This document shows, one piece after another, positions 1-8,945 of a stretch of 32,000 nt of DNA (positions are counted from its first letter, which is position 1; the number at the start of each line of letters is the position of its first letter). The notes beneath the pieces are model-generated. The model ran no database searches. It saw only the letters and a program-made list of their open reading frames with translations, and was not told the DNA's origin. This DNA is from Promethearchaeota archaeon. GTDB lineage: Archaea > Asgardarchaeota > Thorarchaeia > Thorarchaeales > Thorarchaeaceae. The stretch lies in NCBI GenBank assembly GCA_027031765.1, contig JALVPN010000105.1, positions 1-32,000 on the forward strand, given 5' to 3'. Position numbers and translations under genes: made by a program.

Positions 1-727
1 CAACGAGACAGACATGACTGCCCACGAGGTCTGGTCGTGGGAGGCCCCGTCCGAGTTCTTCTGTCCGGCCTGGGGCGATGCCGACAGGCTGCCCAATGGC
101 AATACCATCGGCAACTTTGTGTTCCCCACCCACCCGGGACTGATTGCAGAGGTCACCCCATCCGGTCAGGTCGTCTGGGCCATGCGCATGGAGCCGGCCG
201 GGGGGATTGGCTGGGGGATGTACCAGGTCGAACGCTTCTTAGACGCCCCCCGGGTCGTCTTTGCGAGTCCCGAGTATATGTTCACTCCGGGCACAGTGCC
301 TGTCCTGACCTTTGACATCCTCGACACGTTCAACTCAAAGGTCGTCCGCACAGGTAACTTCAGCATATACGAGGGCGAAACACTGCTGGCAGAGGGGCCC
401 GTCAGGTTCCTCCCCAACTGGCAATGGGCCTCAGTGCAGGTCTCTCTCGAAGCACTGGAGTCCCCTGGCCCGCACGAGCTTATAGTGTATGTTGTTGACC
501 AGGACGGACTTGTTGGTGGCACCTATGTGACGGTCCTCATCACCCAGAACGTCCTCGTCTACGTCGAGGCGTTTTCTGTGGGCCTGATGATCCTGGTCCT
601 CCTCACGTTCCTCCTTGAGAAGGGCAGCGGCCCCGGTGAAGAGGAGGTGCCTTCAGGAGGGCCGTCAGCAGAGGGGTCAGACGCTCATGCCGACGTCCCG
701 GGACCTGACACACCTGTTGATGTCTGA
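1..727 (+). CDS. Arylsulfotransferase (ASST)-like protein, 3' part, with beta-rich domain, C-terminal TM anchor and acidic tail; 5'-truncated by the window
   Basis: Frame is open to the window edge upstream of ATG 14. WGDADRLPNGNT...IAEVTPSGQVVW resembles the ASST beta-propeller repeat motif (xxAxRLPNGNTLI...EVxxxGxxVW). Hydrophobic segment VLVYVEAFSVGLMILVLLTFLL precedes an E/D/G/P-rich tail. Confidence 0.6.
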   Translation, partial: NETDMTAHEVWSWEAPSEFFCPAWGDADRLPNGNTIGNFVFPTHPGLIAEVTPSGQVVWAMRMEPAGGIGWGMYQVERFLDAPRVVFASPEYMFTPGTVPVLTFDILDTFNSKVVRTGNFSIYEGETLLAEGPVRFLPNWQWASVQVSLEALESPGPHELIVYVVDQDGLVGGTYVTVLITQNVLVYVEAFSVGLMILVLLTFLLEKGSGPGEEEVPSGGPSAEGSDAHADVPGPDTPVDV

Positions 728-814
728 GGTCCGAGGCCCCCTGTTCTGACCGGACACGACCAGTATACAGGACTGGCGTGGGGGGCTGACCGCCTCCCAC
801 TCAGTGCCATGACC

Positions 815-2056
815 TCACGAACCGAACTTGTGGAGCAGTCCAGCATACCCCAGCAGGAGTGGCATCACGTCGGTGCCGGTAGTCCACTGGAGGGCCCCAC
901 GATGTGCGTCCTGCTCAGAGAACCGGTATACGCCGTCACGGCGGATGTCTTCGCGCCAGAGCACCAGTGGCACCGGGTCGCAGGTGTGTTCGCCTACAGA
1001 GACCGGTGTGGTGTGGTCACCCGTAACGGCGATGACAGTCCTGCGGCCTACTGCTCTGAGCACCTTGCCGACCATCCTGTCGGTGCGTTCGATTGCCAAC
1101 ACCTTCTGTCTATGGTCGTGGTCGTGGCCTGCATTGTCTGTCGCCTTGATGTGGACAAACACGTAGTCGTAACCAGCCCGTACACACTCTATGGTCTTCT
1201 TTGCAATGGCATAGAAGTCGGTGTCTATGGTGCCGGTCTGCCCCTCCACCGGTATGTGTTCCATGCCGACATACTTTGCCGTCCCGATGTACAGGGCCCC
1301 TCCTGCCAGCACTGCACAACGGATCCCGTACTTCTCGGGCAGTGTCGGCGTCTCCTTGTGTTGTCCCTGCCCCCGCAATAGGATGATGTTCGCTGGTGGC
1401 AGGCCACGCGCCTCCCTGTCCGCATTGACACTGAGGCCCCTCAGCCTCTCATGCGCCTCCCTGATGAGCCTGTTCACAATGCCCGCGGTTCTCTCAGCGC
1501 CGGGGGCTTTTGGCCTGCACGCGAGAACCCTGACACCGGTCTCGTGGGGGTCGACATCGGTGATCTCTGCAGAGAGCCCGTCGCCACGCAGCACGAGGGC
1601 ACCACGGTGCTCTACGGTGTGGACGAACCGCACCTCCACACCATCGATGACCATCCCGTCAATCGCCTCCTCGAGTGCGTGCCCCTCCTCTGCTGTGAAT
1701 GCCCGGCCTGCGCGTCTGTCCAGCACCACAAGGTCGTCGTCCACAGTAGCAAAGTTTGCCCTGAAGGCTACATCTCCCGGTCGTGTCTCAAGGCCAGCCC
1801 CCTGCGCTTCTAGGGGCCCCCGCCCAGGGTAGCACTCGTGTGGGTCGTACCCGAAGAGGGCGAGGTGTGCAGTGTCGCTGCCAGGCGTCCTCCCGGGCCC
1901 GAGGACGTAGAGCAGGCCGTTCTGTCCCTCCTGCGCCAGCCGGTCGAACACCGGTGTGTCCGCCGCCTCAAGGGGTGTGCGCCCACCAAGGTCGGGGACT
2001 GGCCTGTCGCCGAGCCCGTCCATGACGACCAGCAGCGCAGTGCGCCGCTCCTCCAT
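815..2056 (-). CDS. apgM: 2,3-bisphosphoglycerate-independent phosphoglycerate mutase, archaeal type
   Basis: Motifs MDGLGDRP, TPLEAADTP, PGSDTAHLALFGYDP (catalytic Ser), YPGRGPLEA, HIKATDNAGHD, TGDHTTP, HTCDPVP. Confidence 0.95.
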   Translation of the reverse strand: MEERRTALLVVMDGLGDRPVPDLGGRTPLEAADTPVFDRLAQEGQNGLLYVLGPGRTPGSDTAHLALFGYDPHECYPGRGPLEAQGAGLETRPGDVAFRANFATVDDDLVVLDRRAGRAFTAEEGHALEEAIDGMVIDGVEVRFVHTVEHRGALVLRGDGLSAEITDVDPHETGVRVLACRPKAPGAERTAGIVNRLIREAHERLRGLSVNADREARGLPPANIILLRGQGQHKETPTLPEKYGIRCAVLAGGALYIGTAKYVGMEHIPVEGQTGTIDTDFYAIAKKTIECVRAGYDYVFVHIKATDNAGHDHDHRQKVLAIERTDRMVGKVLRAVGRRTVIAVTGDHTTPVSVGEHTCDPVPLVLWREDIRRDGVYRFSEQDAHRGALQWTTGTDVMPLLLGYAGLLHKFGS

Positions 2057-3373
2057 CTACTGGTAGTCCCTCCATGCGGTCCTGAACCCCTCTCTAGGGT
2101 ATGCACACGCGCCTCCCAGCAGGTGGTGTATCTCGATGAGCCGGTTGTACTTCTCGACCCGGTCGCTACGCGCGGGCGCCCCGGTCTTGATCTGACCCGT
2201 GCAGAGGGCGACCGCAAAGTCTGCGATGAACGTGTCGCCGGTCTCACCGCTCCTGTGGCTGACCACCACGGGCCAGCCGGCACTGTTCGCCACCCTGGCG
2301 GCACCCACTGCTTCTGTCACGGTGCCTATCTGGTTGAGCTTCAGTAGCAGTGCGTTGCCTGCACCCATCTCAATACACCTCTTCACGGTCTCGGCGTGTG
2401 AGACCGTCAGGTCATCAGTCACCACCTGTGCTGATGTCCTCCTCGTGAACTCGGCAAAGTCCTCGAACGCATTCTCGTCAAACGGGTCCTCGATGCTCCT
2501 TATCGGGAACGTCCCCTCAAGCTCGAGGTATAGGTCTGCCAGTTCGCCAGCACTGAGTGCTCTGCCATCGACATGGTACTCTCCGTCCCTGTAGAACCCG
2601 CTGGCAGCTGCGTCCATGCCGAGGACGACCTCCTTGCCAGCGGAGTAGCCCGCCTCCTCAACAGCCCCTACTATCTGTTCGAAGGCGTCACGTGTGGACT
2701 CCAAACCGTACCCACAGTACCCGCCCTCGTCACCGATATGCTTGGCCATGCGGCCGAACTTGGCCACCATCTTCTTTCCCAGTGTGTGGTATACCTCGCT
2801 CAGACAGCGGATAGCCTCCAGGATGTTGTCCGCCCCGACCGGGAGCACCATGAACTCCTGGATGGCAAGCTTGTTGCCGGCGTGTGCCCCACCATTGATG
2901 ACATTCGACATTGGCACCGGCTGTAGGTACCGCCCGTGGAGTCCCACCACCCGTTCGTGTAGGTACTGGAACAGGGGCACGCCGAGGTGTCTTGCGGCCG
3001 CGACGGCTGTCGCCATTGAGACCGAGAGGACTGCATTGGCACCCAGCTGCCGCTTTCCCTCGCTCGGGTCAAGTCTGAGCAGTGCTGCGTCTATCTCTGA
3101 CTGTGAGAGTGGGTCGGCCCCCCTCAGGGCCTTGCTGATGACATCGTTGACATTGGCCACCGCTCTCAGCACACCCTTGCCACCATAGCGTGTACCACCA
3201 TCTCTCAGCTCCAGTGCCTCGCGCTCCCCTGTGGATGCGCCGCTGGGCACCTTGGCCGTGCCAGCCGTCCCGTCTGAGAGCTCGACCCGGGTCATCAGTG
3301 TCGGGTTGCCCCGGGAGTCCAGGATTTCAATGGCCTTGATACTTGCAATCTCCACCAATACGGACACCACCAT
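2057..3373 (-). CDS. eno: Enolase (phosphopyruvate hydratase)
   Basis: Motifs EILDSRGNPT, VPSGASTG, NVINGGAHA, QEFM, GDEGG, MDAAAS, SIEDPF, DDL, LLKLNQIGT, SHRSGET, GQIKTGAPARSDRVEKYNRL. Confidence 0.97.
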   Translation of the reverse strand: MVVSVLVEIASIKAIEILDSRGNPTLMTRVELSDGTAGTAKVPSGASTGEREALELRDGGTRYGGKGVLRAVANVNDVISKALRGADPLSQSEIDAALLRLDPSEGKRQLGANAVLSVSMATAVAAARHLGVPLFQYLHERVVGLHGRYLQPVPMSNVINGGAHAGNKLAIQEFMVLPVGADNILEAIRCLSEVYHTLGKKMVAKFGRMAKHIGDEGGYCGYGLESTRDAFEQIVGAVEEAGYSAGKEVVLGMDAAASGFYRDGEYHVDGRALSAGELADLYLELEGTFPIRSIEDPFDENAFEDFAEFTRRTSAQVVTDDLTVSHAETVKRCIEMGAGNALLLKLNQIGTVTEAVGAARVANSAGWPVVVSHRSGETGDTFIADFAVALCTGQIKTGAPARSDRVEKYNRLIEIHHLLGGACAYPREGFRTAWRDYQ

Positions 3374-3416
3374 GTTTCGGTCTCATCGACCACTCCCGGA
3401 GAGCATGCCCAGCCAA

Positions 3417-3422
3417 TTTATA
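3417..3422 (-). promoter_or_regulatory. Putative TATA box (TATAAA) for eno-apgM
   Basis: AT-rich island in a GC-rich context; TATAAA on the minus strand about 44 nt upstream of the eno ATG. Confidence 0.55.
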
Positions 3423-3447
3423 CTAATGCATTGGAACCCCGTACAGC

Positions 3448-4593
3448 TTACGCCCTCCCCTCGACAAGCTCCCTGTACACCTGCTCTATTGTGGAGTTCA
3501 CCTTCTCAAGGCTGAACCGCTCTTCGACCAGCCGGCGCGCATTCCTGGTCATCGTCTTCACCATGTCGTATTGGTCCATCACAATGTCGACCGCGCCACT
3601 GAAGCTCCTAAAGTCCCGTCCGATGATGAGGCCATTGACACGGTCAGTCACGACCTCCGGTATGTCGCCGACTGGTGTGCACATCACAACGGTGCCTGAT
3701 GCCATGGCCTCGAGCACGACGGTCGGTGTGCCCTCCCAGTAGGACGGCAACACGAGGGCGTCCGCACCGCGCATAAGACGCGGGATCTCCTCGTGTCCCC
3801 GTTGACCGAGCACTTCGACCGACACCCGGGAGCCCATCCTCTTGAGTCTCTCCTTCAGACTCAGCAGGTGTTCGTAGAGCGACCCCTGACCCACGAAGCG
3901 GACAGTCATCTTGTGGCCATTGTCCCTTGCTGCTTGCCACACCCACTCCATCAGCGTCCCCACTCCCTTCCACGGTTCAAGGTCTCCCACGTAGATGAGG
4001 ACACCCCCGGGCCCGTCCCGTTTCTCTGTCCCGGGTCTGAACCTGTTGGTGTCGACCACGTTCGGGATATACCGGAGGCGCTCGTGCGGCACCCTGAATT
4101 GCCTCTGGATAGTCCTGAGGTCTGCATGGGACACCGACGCTATCAGGTCGCTCCACCTCATGGTCATGCGTCCAAGCGTCAGGTCGTATGCGTGTTTCGT
4201 GACGACCTTTGTCCAGTGGGTCCTGTACGGCGGCAGTCCGAGCCCACCGTGCGCCTGTAGCAGGGCCCGCCGGTCTGTGACCCTGCGTGCCACCGCCGCT
4301 TGGTTCGCAAGCGTATACAGGTATGAGTGTATGTGGTACACATCCACCTGCGTCTTCACCAGTGGTCTGAGGACGACGCACAACGGGTTGATGTTCCAGA
4401 CAGTGACTGGTGCGTAGTACCTGTGTACTATGACCCCCTCCTCGACACATGTGCCCACCTTTTCAGGGTGCACCGTTGTTGTGAACACATGTGCCTCGTG
4501 AGACTTGGCCTGCTGTCTGGAGAGGTTGTAGACGTACCGTTCGGAACCCCCCATCTGTTCGCCCACAAAGGGGCACACATGTCCTATCCTCAT
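3448..4593 (-). CDS. GT4 family glycosyltransferase (GT-B fold)
   Basis: Start re-assigned to ATG 4593 (MRIGHVCPF..GGSERYVYNL, a typical GT4 N-terminus). Also IPNVVDTNRF, YVGDLEPWKGV and PSYWEGTPTVVLEAMASG (EX7E motif). Confidence 0.9.
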   Translation of the reverse strand: MRIGHVCPFVGEQMGGSERYVYNLSRQQAKSHEAHVFTTTVHPEKVGTCVEEGVIVHRYYAPVTVWNINPLCVVLRPLVKTQVDVYHIHSYLYTLANQAAVARRVTDRRALLQAHGGLGLPPYRTHWTKVVTKHAYDLTLGRMTMRWSDLIASVSHADLRTIQRQFRVPHERLRYIPNVVDTNRFRPGTEKRDGPGGVLIYVGDLEPWKGVGTLMEWVWQAARDNGHKMTVRFVGQGSLYEHLLSLKERLKRMGSRVSVEVLGQRGHEEIPRLMRGADALVLPSYWEGTPTVVLEAMASGTVVMCTPVGDIPEVVTDRVNGLIIGRDFRSFSGAVDIVMDQYDMVKTMTRNARRLVEERFSLEKVNSTIEQVYRELVEGRA

Positions 4594-4666
4594 TGACTTG
4601 GATCTCCACAGCAGTGCTGTCCATCTCAGTTCGGCGTATCCGTTTTTTCTGCTCCACACTTAAAGA

Positions 4667-7600
4667 TTGTTTGCCCCTTTGCGCACGGCTGTGGTCGTCC
4701 TCCATCTCTACATCGTACGGCCAGTGGAGCTGTGGGTGATAGCAATCCGATGGCGTGCCGGGCGGGGACCGGAATCGGCACCCTCATATGTGTCCACGCC
4801 GTCCCCCCAAGTAGCGCACGGGGTCTGTATCTTGAGGTATTTGCGGGCTATGTTGATGATCCTGGTGGTCTGCGCTCTGACAGTCGTGACACTGTGGGTG
4901 CTCTACGCATGGCTCCTTGGACAGACGATATATCAGACCATGTACCATGAGAAGGCCGGTGTAGACTACTGGGCGACATGGACGCTTGAGAACAACATCT
5001 TCACTGCGTCCCTGTTGCTGGCAGCGGTCAGCATGGTCACACTCCCCCAGCGCTCGACCCTCCTGACGTTCTTCTCCACGATGAGTGGCGTCGGTCAGCG
5101 GCTCAAGGTGCTCTCCGTCCGCGAGGCCACCCTCTGGCGTTTCTTGGAGTTCCTTGCCCTCTTCGTTGCGTACGTGTCAGTTGGTGGCTATGCACTGACG
5201 GGTCAGAACGTGGCCTTCCTCATGATGCTCATGGAACACGGTGCCATATCACTCTCAAGCGAGCAGCTCAGTACACTGTTCTACCTCCCGTTCTCACCAG
5301 GCACTCCAGCCGGTGAGGTCGAGGCCCTCATCCCTGCCATGGAGGCCTACCAACTATACCTGGGCATCGTCGGGACGTTGCTGATGATGACCGCCGCCCG
5401 CCTGGCCCTCAGTGTGGTGACCGACTACATTACAGACCGCCCTGACCTCTACGTCATGGGCGTGAAACTACTGCTCATCGGTGCACTGGCCTCGGTGCTC
5501 GAGCTCCTGAGCGTCCCCATGTGGACCGTCAACGCAGGCACGTGGATGACCCTCGTGACACTCATTATAGTGTTCTTCTCGTGCCTGCTGGGCGCACTGA
5601 TGCTGGGCCTTGTGCGCTTCCGTTCAGGTGGCCCACTCGCCCGCATAAGGGCCAAGATCGCGGCCCTCGAGGCCGACCTGGAGCGCCTCCATGGCGAGCT
5701 CGTCGTGTTGCGTAGTGAGTACGGGGCCGGTGCGGTCTCTTCCGCCGAGTATAACAGACGTGTGCGACTCCTGATGGAGGACAGGGAGAACATTGCGGAC
5801 GAGCTCCGGCGCCTGAAAATCGAACGCCTCCTGCCAGTAGTGTCACGCAGGAGGTTCGTCGCTGTTGCCGCCGTGCTGGCGGTCCTCTGTGTGAGCGTCC
5901 CCGCGATACAGGCCATGTACTATGGGGTACAGATGGAGGGCGACAAGTACGTCGACTGGAAGTTCAACTATGAGACCCGCAAAGAGATTGCAGTCACGGA
6001 CTGGGCGGCGGGCCTCTCTGACATGCAGTACAAGACGCTGGAAGACCTCACCTCCAATGCGACCCCGGAGAGCGAGGTGGAGTTCCTGACCAGTGTCCGC
6101 CAGTGGGACCAGACCGCCAGCTACCTGCGCATGAAGAACCAGATCGGCACCAACTGGATGACCCTCGCGGACTCGGACATAGTGTACCTCCACGACCATG
6201 AGTACTGGGTATCACCACTCACCTTTGACACCAGTGCCACCTCCACCAGCTTCATCAACCAGCACCTGATCTATACGCATACCGAGGGCCTCGTGGTACT
6301 CGACGCCTACAGTGGTGCGATTGTCGAGCACGACAGTCTCGTGGCGCTCCTGAACCGTACTGACGTGGTGAACGTCTACTACGGCGAGGGCCCGGGCTTT
6401 GGCGATGTTGTCTTTGTCAATGTGCCGGGCTTCGAAGAGGTCGGCAACACCTCTTTTGCTGGCGGGCCCGACTATGTGCTCAGGGGGTTCGAGTCTGCAT
6501 TCTACGTGTTCAACATGGGCCCGGAAGCCTGGTCGTTCATAGGGCGTGACCTGGACATGCTTGTGGAGCGTGACGTCGTGTCACGTGTCAACAACATCCT
6601 GCTCCAGGGCCTCCGTGCCGACAGCGACCCGTACATAGTCGTGGGCCCGTCCGGTGAGGTCTACTATGCTGTGTCCGTCTTCATCGACTACCCACTCTCC
6701 ACTGGGTACGCACACGAGGCCTACCTGCGGTTCCTCGGGGTCGTACTCGTCGACGTTGCGACCGGCGTGATGCACTTCTACAGGTCTCCCACACAGGACA
6801 GCCCGTTCTTCATAGACCGCGCATACAGCGAGTACTATGACTGGGAGGACGCACCGGCGTGGCTCCAGAAACAGATGAAGTGGCCAGAGGACCTCTTCGA
6901 ACGCCAGCTCGAGGTCGCATACATCATGCATGTGACGGATGGCCTTGTGTGGCGCAGTGGCGTCGACTTCCACGAGAGCCCGGAGGGCTCGGACACACGC
7001 TACATCATAATGCGCGTCGGTGGTGTCCGGAGGTTCGTTGCCACCCACAACAGCGAGTTCCGCGACGCACCGGGACGTAACCTCGCAGGTATCTACATGG
7101 TCGGCTGCGGGGAACACGACTTCGGTCAGCTCACGTTCTTCAGTGCCGGCCAGCTGGGCTACTCCACCCTCCTGGGCCCGAATGCTGCTGTGCAGGCCTT
7201 CGAGACCGCCGAGGAGGTACGTACGCAGCTGCAGTTGTGGGGCTCCCACAGGTACGGGAACAGGCTCCTGTACCACCTCGGGGGCGACCTGTTCTTCGTC
7301 ATCCCGGTCTTCCTCGAGGTGGAGACGTCTCAGAACCGTGTCATCCAGAAGCTCGGGGGTGTCGGCCTGGTCGATGCTCGCACTGGCGAACGGGTCACAC
7401 TGGGCCGCAACGTGGTGGAGGCATACTACGACATGTTCGGTCTCCTCAACCAGACGGCCGTCGAGCCGGGCGCCGTTGGCTTCGAGAGTGCGGTCCTCAA
7501 CCCAGTCACAGTGGGCTCAGGCAGTCCGAGCAGCATGGACCTCGTCATCCGGAACAATGACGATGTGTCACACCATGTGTATGTCGACATCTCCTTTGCC

Positions 7601-7846
7601 ACCGGTAACTTCACGGTCAACTGGCACGGCCACAATGTCGCCCCAACGGTCTATCCACAGAACACGACGTTCTCGCTTGACATCGGCCCTGTGGGGCCGG
7701 GCGACATGTACGGGACATCACCGCTGGTAACACCGCACCTCCCACATGGCCTCGTCCTTGCACAGTACATCGTGGTCGTCACACTGCGGACGGAAGAAGG
7801 CGTTGTCGACCAGGTGCAACTACTGCTCACGGTGACACAGTCGTGA
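4667..7846 (+). CDS. UPF0182-family multi-pass membrane protein; start uncertain (in-frame GTG at 4691 or a later ATG are possible)
   Basis: About 8-9 N-terminal hydrophobic segments followed by a large soluble domain with RQWD, NQHLIYTH.EG, VYYGE and KWPEDLF..Q, which match motifs I recall for UPF0182. Confidence 0.8.
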   Translation: MFAPLRTAVVVLHLYIVRPVELWVIAIRWRAGRGPESAPSYVSTPSPQVAHGVCILRYLRAMLMILVVCALTVVTLWVLYAWLLGQTIYQTMYHEKAGVDYWATWTLENNIFTASLLLAAVSMVTLPQRSTLLTFFSTMSGVGQRLKVLSVREATLWRFLEFLALFVAYVSVGGYALTGQNVAFLMMLMEHGAISLSSEQLSTLFYLPFSPGTPAGEVEALIPAMEAYQLYLGIVGTLLMMTAARLALSVVTDYITDRPDLYVMGVKLLLIGALASVLELLSVPMWTVNAGTWMTLVTLIIVFFSCLLGALMLGLVRFRSGGPLARIRAKIAALEADLERLHGELVVLRSEYGAGAVSSAEYNRRVRLLMEDRENIADELRRLKIERLLPVVSRRRFVAVAAVLAVLCVSVPAIQAMYYGVQMEGDKYVDWKFNYETRKEIAVTDWAAGLSDMQYKTLEDLTSNATPESEVEFLTSVRQWDQTASYLRMKNQIGTNWMTLADSDIVYLHDHEYWVSPLTFDTSATSTSFINQHLIYTHTEGLVVLDAYSGAIVEHDSLVALLNRTDVVNVYYGEGPGFGDVVFVNVPGFEEVGNTSFAGGPDYVLRGFESAFYVFNMGPEAWSFIGRDLDMLVERDVVSRVNNILLQGLRADSDPYIVVGPSGEVYYAVSVFIDYPLSTGYAHEAYLRFLGVVLVDVATGVMHFYRSPTQDSPFFIDRAYSEYYDWEDAPAWLQKQMKWPEDLFERQLEVAYIMHVTDGLVWRSGVDFHESPEGSDTRYIIMRVGGVRRFVATHNSEFRDAPGRNLAGIYMVGCGEHDFGQLTFFSAGQLGYSTLLGPNAAVQAFETAEEVRTQLQLWGSHRYGNRLLYHLGGDLFFVIPVFLEVETSQNRVIQKLGGVGLVDARTGERVTLGRNVVEAYYDMFGLLNQTAVEPGAVGFESAVLNPVTVGSGSPSSMDLVIRNNDDVSHHVYVDISFATGNFTVNWHGHNVAPTVYPQNTTFSLDIGPVGPGDMYGTSPLVTPHLPHGLVLAQYIVVVTLRTEEGVVDQVQLLLTVTQS

Positions 7847-7977
7847 ACGGGCCCGCCTCGCCTGCCCAGTGACCCGTCCTGCACATGCTTGGTACTCCCC
7901 AATACCCACCTGCCCGGTGCCGGACACGCAGGGGGCCGTGCTGTACTGTGCAGTGGCGTCGCTGGGTCCTCTACGGT

Positions 7978-7988
7978 TAGATTTATGA
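7978..7988 (+). promoter_or_regulatory. Putative TATA box upstream of the membrane-arm operon
   Basis: AT-rich TAGATTTATGA in the 203-nt gap, about 65 nt before ATG 8050. Confidence 0.4.
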
Positions 7989-8049
7989 ACAGACCCCCTC
8001 GCCGTTGGCCCCGTCACAGGCAAGGTCGTGACCGGGCAGGGATCACAAC

Positions 8050-8337
8050 ATGATATCGACACCATTCGGACTACTGCAGCTGGCACTCGTACTCCTCATG
8101 CTCGTCTTCTTTGCGCTCGCGGTGGAGTACAGGAGGCTCGTGTTCGGGGTGGTCTCGTTCGCCGTGGCAAACGGGCTCCTGAGCCTGCTGTTCTTCATCC
8201 TCGGGGCGCCCTACGTGGCCGTCTTCAACTTCAGTGTGTTCTCCGGAGCGGTGGCCATCCTTTTCCTCGCGGTGATAAACATGGAGCGGCCCGAGGAGGC
8301 AGTGCCCGGAGATGGTGGGAGTGAGGTGACAACATGA
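8050..8337 (+). CDS. NuoJ N-terminal-half-like / MbhD (DUF4040)-like 3-TM subunit
   Basis: Three hydrophobic helices; LGAPYVAVFNFSVFSGAVAILFL matches the NuoJ TM3 pattern (L.A.FVA..Q..VY.GAI.VLFL). ATGA overlap with the next gene. Confidence 0.75.
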   Translation: MISTPFGLLQLALVLLMLVFFALAVEYRRLVFGVVSFAVANGLLSLLFFILGAPYVAVFNFSVFSGAVAILFLAVINMERPEEAVPGDGGSEVTT

Positions 8338-8609
8338 ACTGGCACAAGGTCGCAGCTGCACTGCTGTCGCTGGTCATCCTCTTGTTGGTAGGGGTCTACC
8401 TTGTGGACTACACGCCCTTTGCTCTGGGCCAGCCACCCGGCACCACAACTGCAGCCGATGCGTGGCGCACCACTGCCGAGCTGCTGGCGGAGTGGTTGTG
8501 GTCCTACCGCGTCATTGATGTCCTCATACAGGTCACGCTCCTTCTCACTGCCGTCCTCGGTGCATCTGCGATGTTCCGTGTGATGCACCGTGACCGGGAG
8601 GAGGGATGA
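8334..8609 (+). CDS. NuoJ C-terminal-half-like / MbhE-MnhB-like 2-TM subunit
   Basis: WLWSYRVIDVLIQVTLLLTAVLGA resembles the YR..DT..E..VL..A..G motif of MnhB/MbhE and the last NuoJ helix. ATGA overlaps on both sides. Confidence 0.7.
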   Translation: MNWHKVAAALLSLVILLLVGVYLVDYTPFALGQPPGTTTAADAWRTTAELLAEWLWSYRVIDVLIQVTLLLTAVLGASAMFRVMHRDREEG

Positions 8610-8944
8610 GAGATATGTTCGAGCTGCTTCATGTCTACCTCCTTGGGGCACTGGCCCTCTACCTCCTTGGGGTCTACACCCTTGCCAGCGCACGGAACAT
8701 GATCCGTCTTGTCATGGGGATTGAAATCCTCGTGGCTGCTGCCAACCTGAACTTCCTTGCCCTGGGCGCGTTCCTCCATGACCCCTCTGTCATTGGGCCC
8801 ATCGACCCCATGGTACAGGACTTCGTAATACTCTCAATCTGCGTGGGCGGTGCAGTCGCGGCCATCGCAATGAGCCTGATTGCTAACGCCTACAGACACT
8901 ACGGGACACTCGATGTCCGCGAACTGAGGAGGCTGAGAGGCTGA
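8606..8944 (+). CDS. nuoK: NuoK/MnhC family subunit
   Basis: Three TM helices; RNMIRLVMGIEILVAAANLNF (conserved Glu) and YRHYGTLDVRELRRLRG C-terminus. Confidence 0.85.
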   Translation: MRDMFELLHVYLLGALALYLLGVYTLASARNMIRLVMGIEILVAAANLNFLALGAFLHDPSVIGPIDPMVQDFVILSICVGGAVAAIAMSLIANAYRHYGTLDVRELRRLRG

Positions 8945-8945
8945 G

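Noticed and set aside
2057-3373. Enolase as an inactive paralogue (TDDL instead of GDDL, GDEGGYC instead of GDEGGFA)
   Set aside because: All catalytic and Mg-binding residues (His, Glu, Glu, Asp, Glu, Asp, Lys, SHRS, Lys) are present.
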